From the IMG/VR virus record IMGVR_UViG_3300044513_000282, positions 1 through 25,563 of that record: 25,563 nt of DNA; one strand, written 5' to 3'. The DNA comes from a virus. Its lineage: Duplodnaviria; Caudoviricetes. The position numbers and the translations under genes are program-made. This document shows positions 25,560 to 25,563 of the stretch, in pieces (the first letter of the stretch is position 1; each line of letters opens with the position of its first letter). The notes below the pieces were generated by a model. The model was not told where the DNA came from. It searched no databases and saw only the letters and a list, made by a program, of their open reading frames with translations.

Positions 25560-25563
25560 GAGT

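Noticed and set aside
1-25563. CRISPR array, tRNA, diversity-generating retroelement, invertase-based fibre switching, intron or intein
   Set aside because: No spaced direct repeats, cloverleaf, reverse transcriptase, recombinase or unexplained insertion in TerL or portal was seen. Intergenic gaps are all under about 80 nt.

Overview
The window is one continuous minus-strand late (morphogenesis) operon of a tailed dsDNA phage of siphovirus type; the tail-fibre motifs suggest an aquatic or marine phage (inference). In transcription order (right to left) it holds: Nu1-like terminase small subunit, GpA-type terminase large subunit, extended gpW-like connector, lambda-type portal, a three-part ORF (unknown N-domain, prohead protease, major capsid), head-tail joining genes, tail terminator, tail tube, tail chaperones G/GT with a -1 frameshift, a short tape measure, Dit/hub proteins, a gpJ-like tip protein and accessory fibres. 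Next comes a visibly AT-richer, tightly coupled cassette of about 5.6 kb (1516-7097). It encodes four different 2OG-Fe(II) dioxygenases, a Gly/Pro/Asn/Cys-rich adhesin-like protein, a fibre-assembly chaperone, three unknown proteins and a sulfotransferase-like protein. This is a candidate system for post-translational hydroxylation and sulfation of a virion receptor-binding protein. A metallophosphoesterase and a truncated XhlA/holin-like gene end the window. No tRNA, rRNA, CRISPR array, integrase or transposase was seen. All family assignments come from motif recognition, not database searches.
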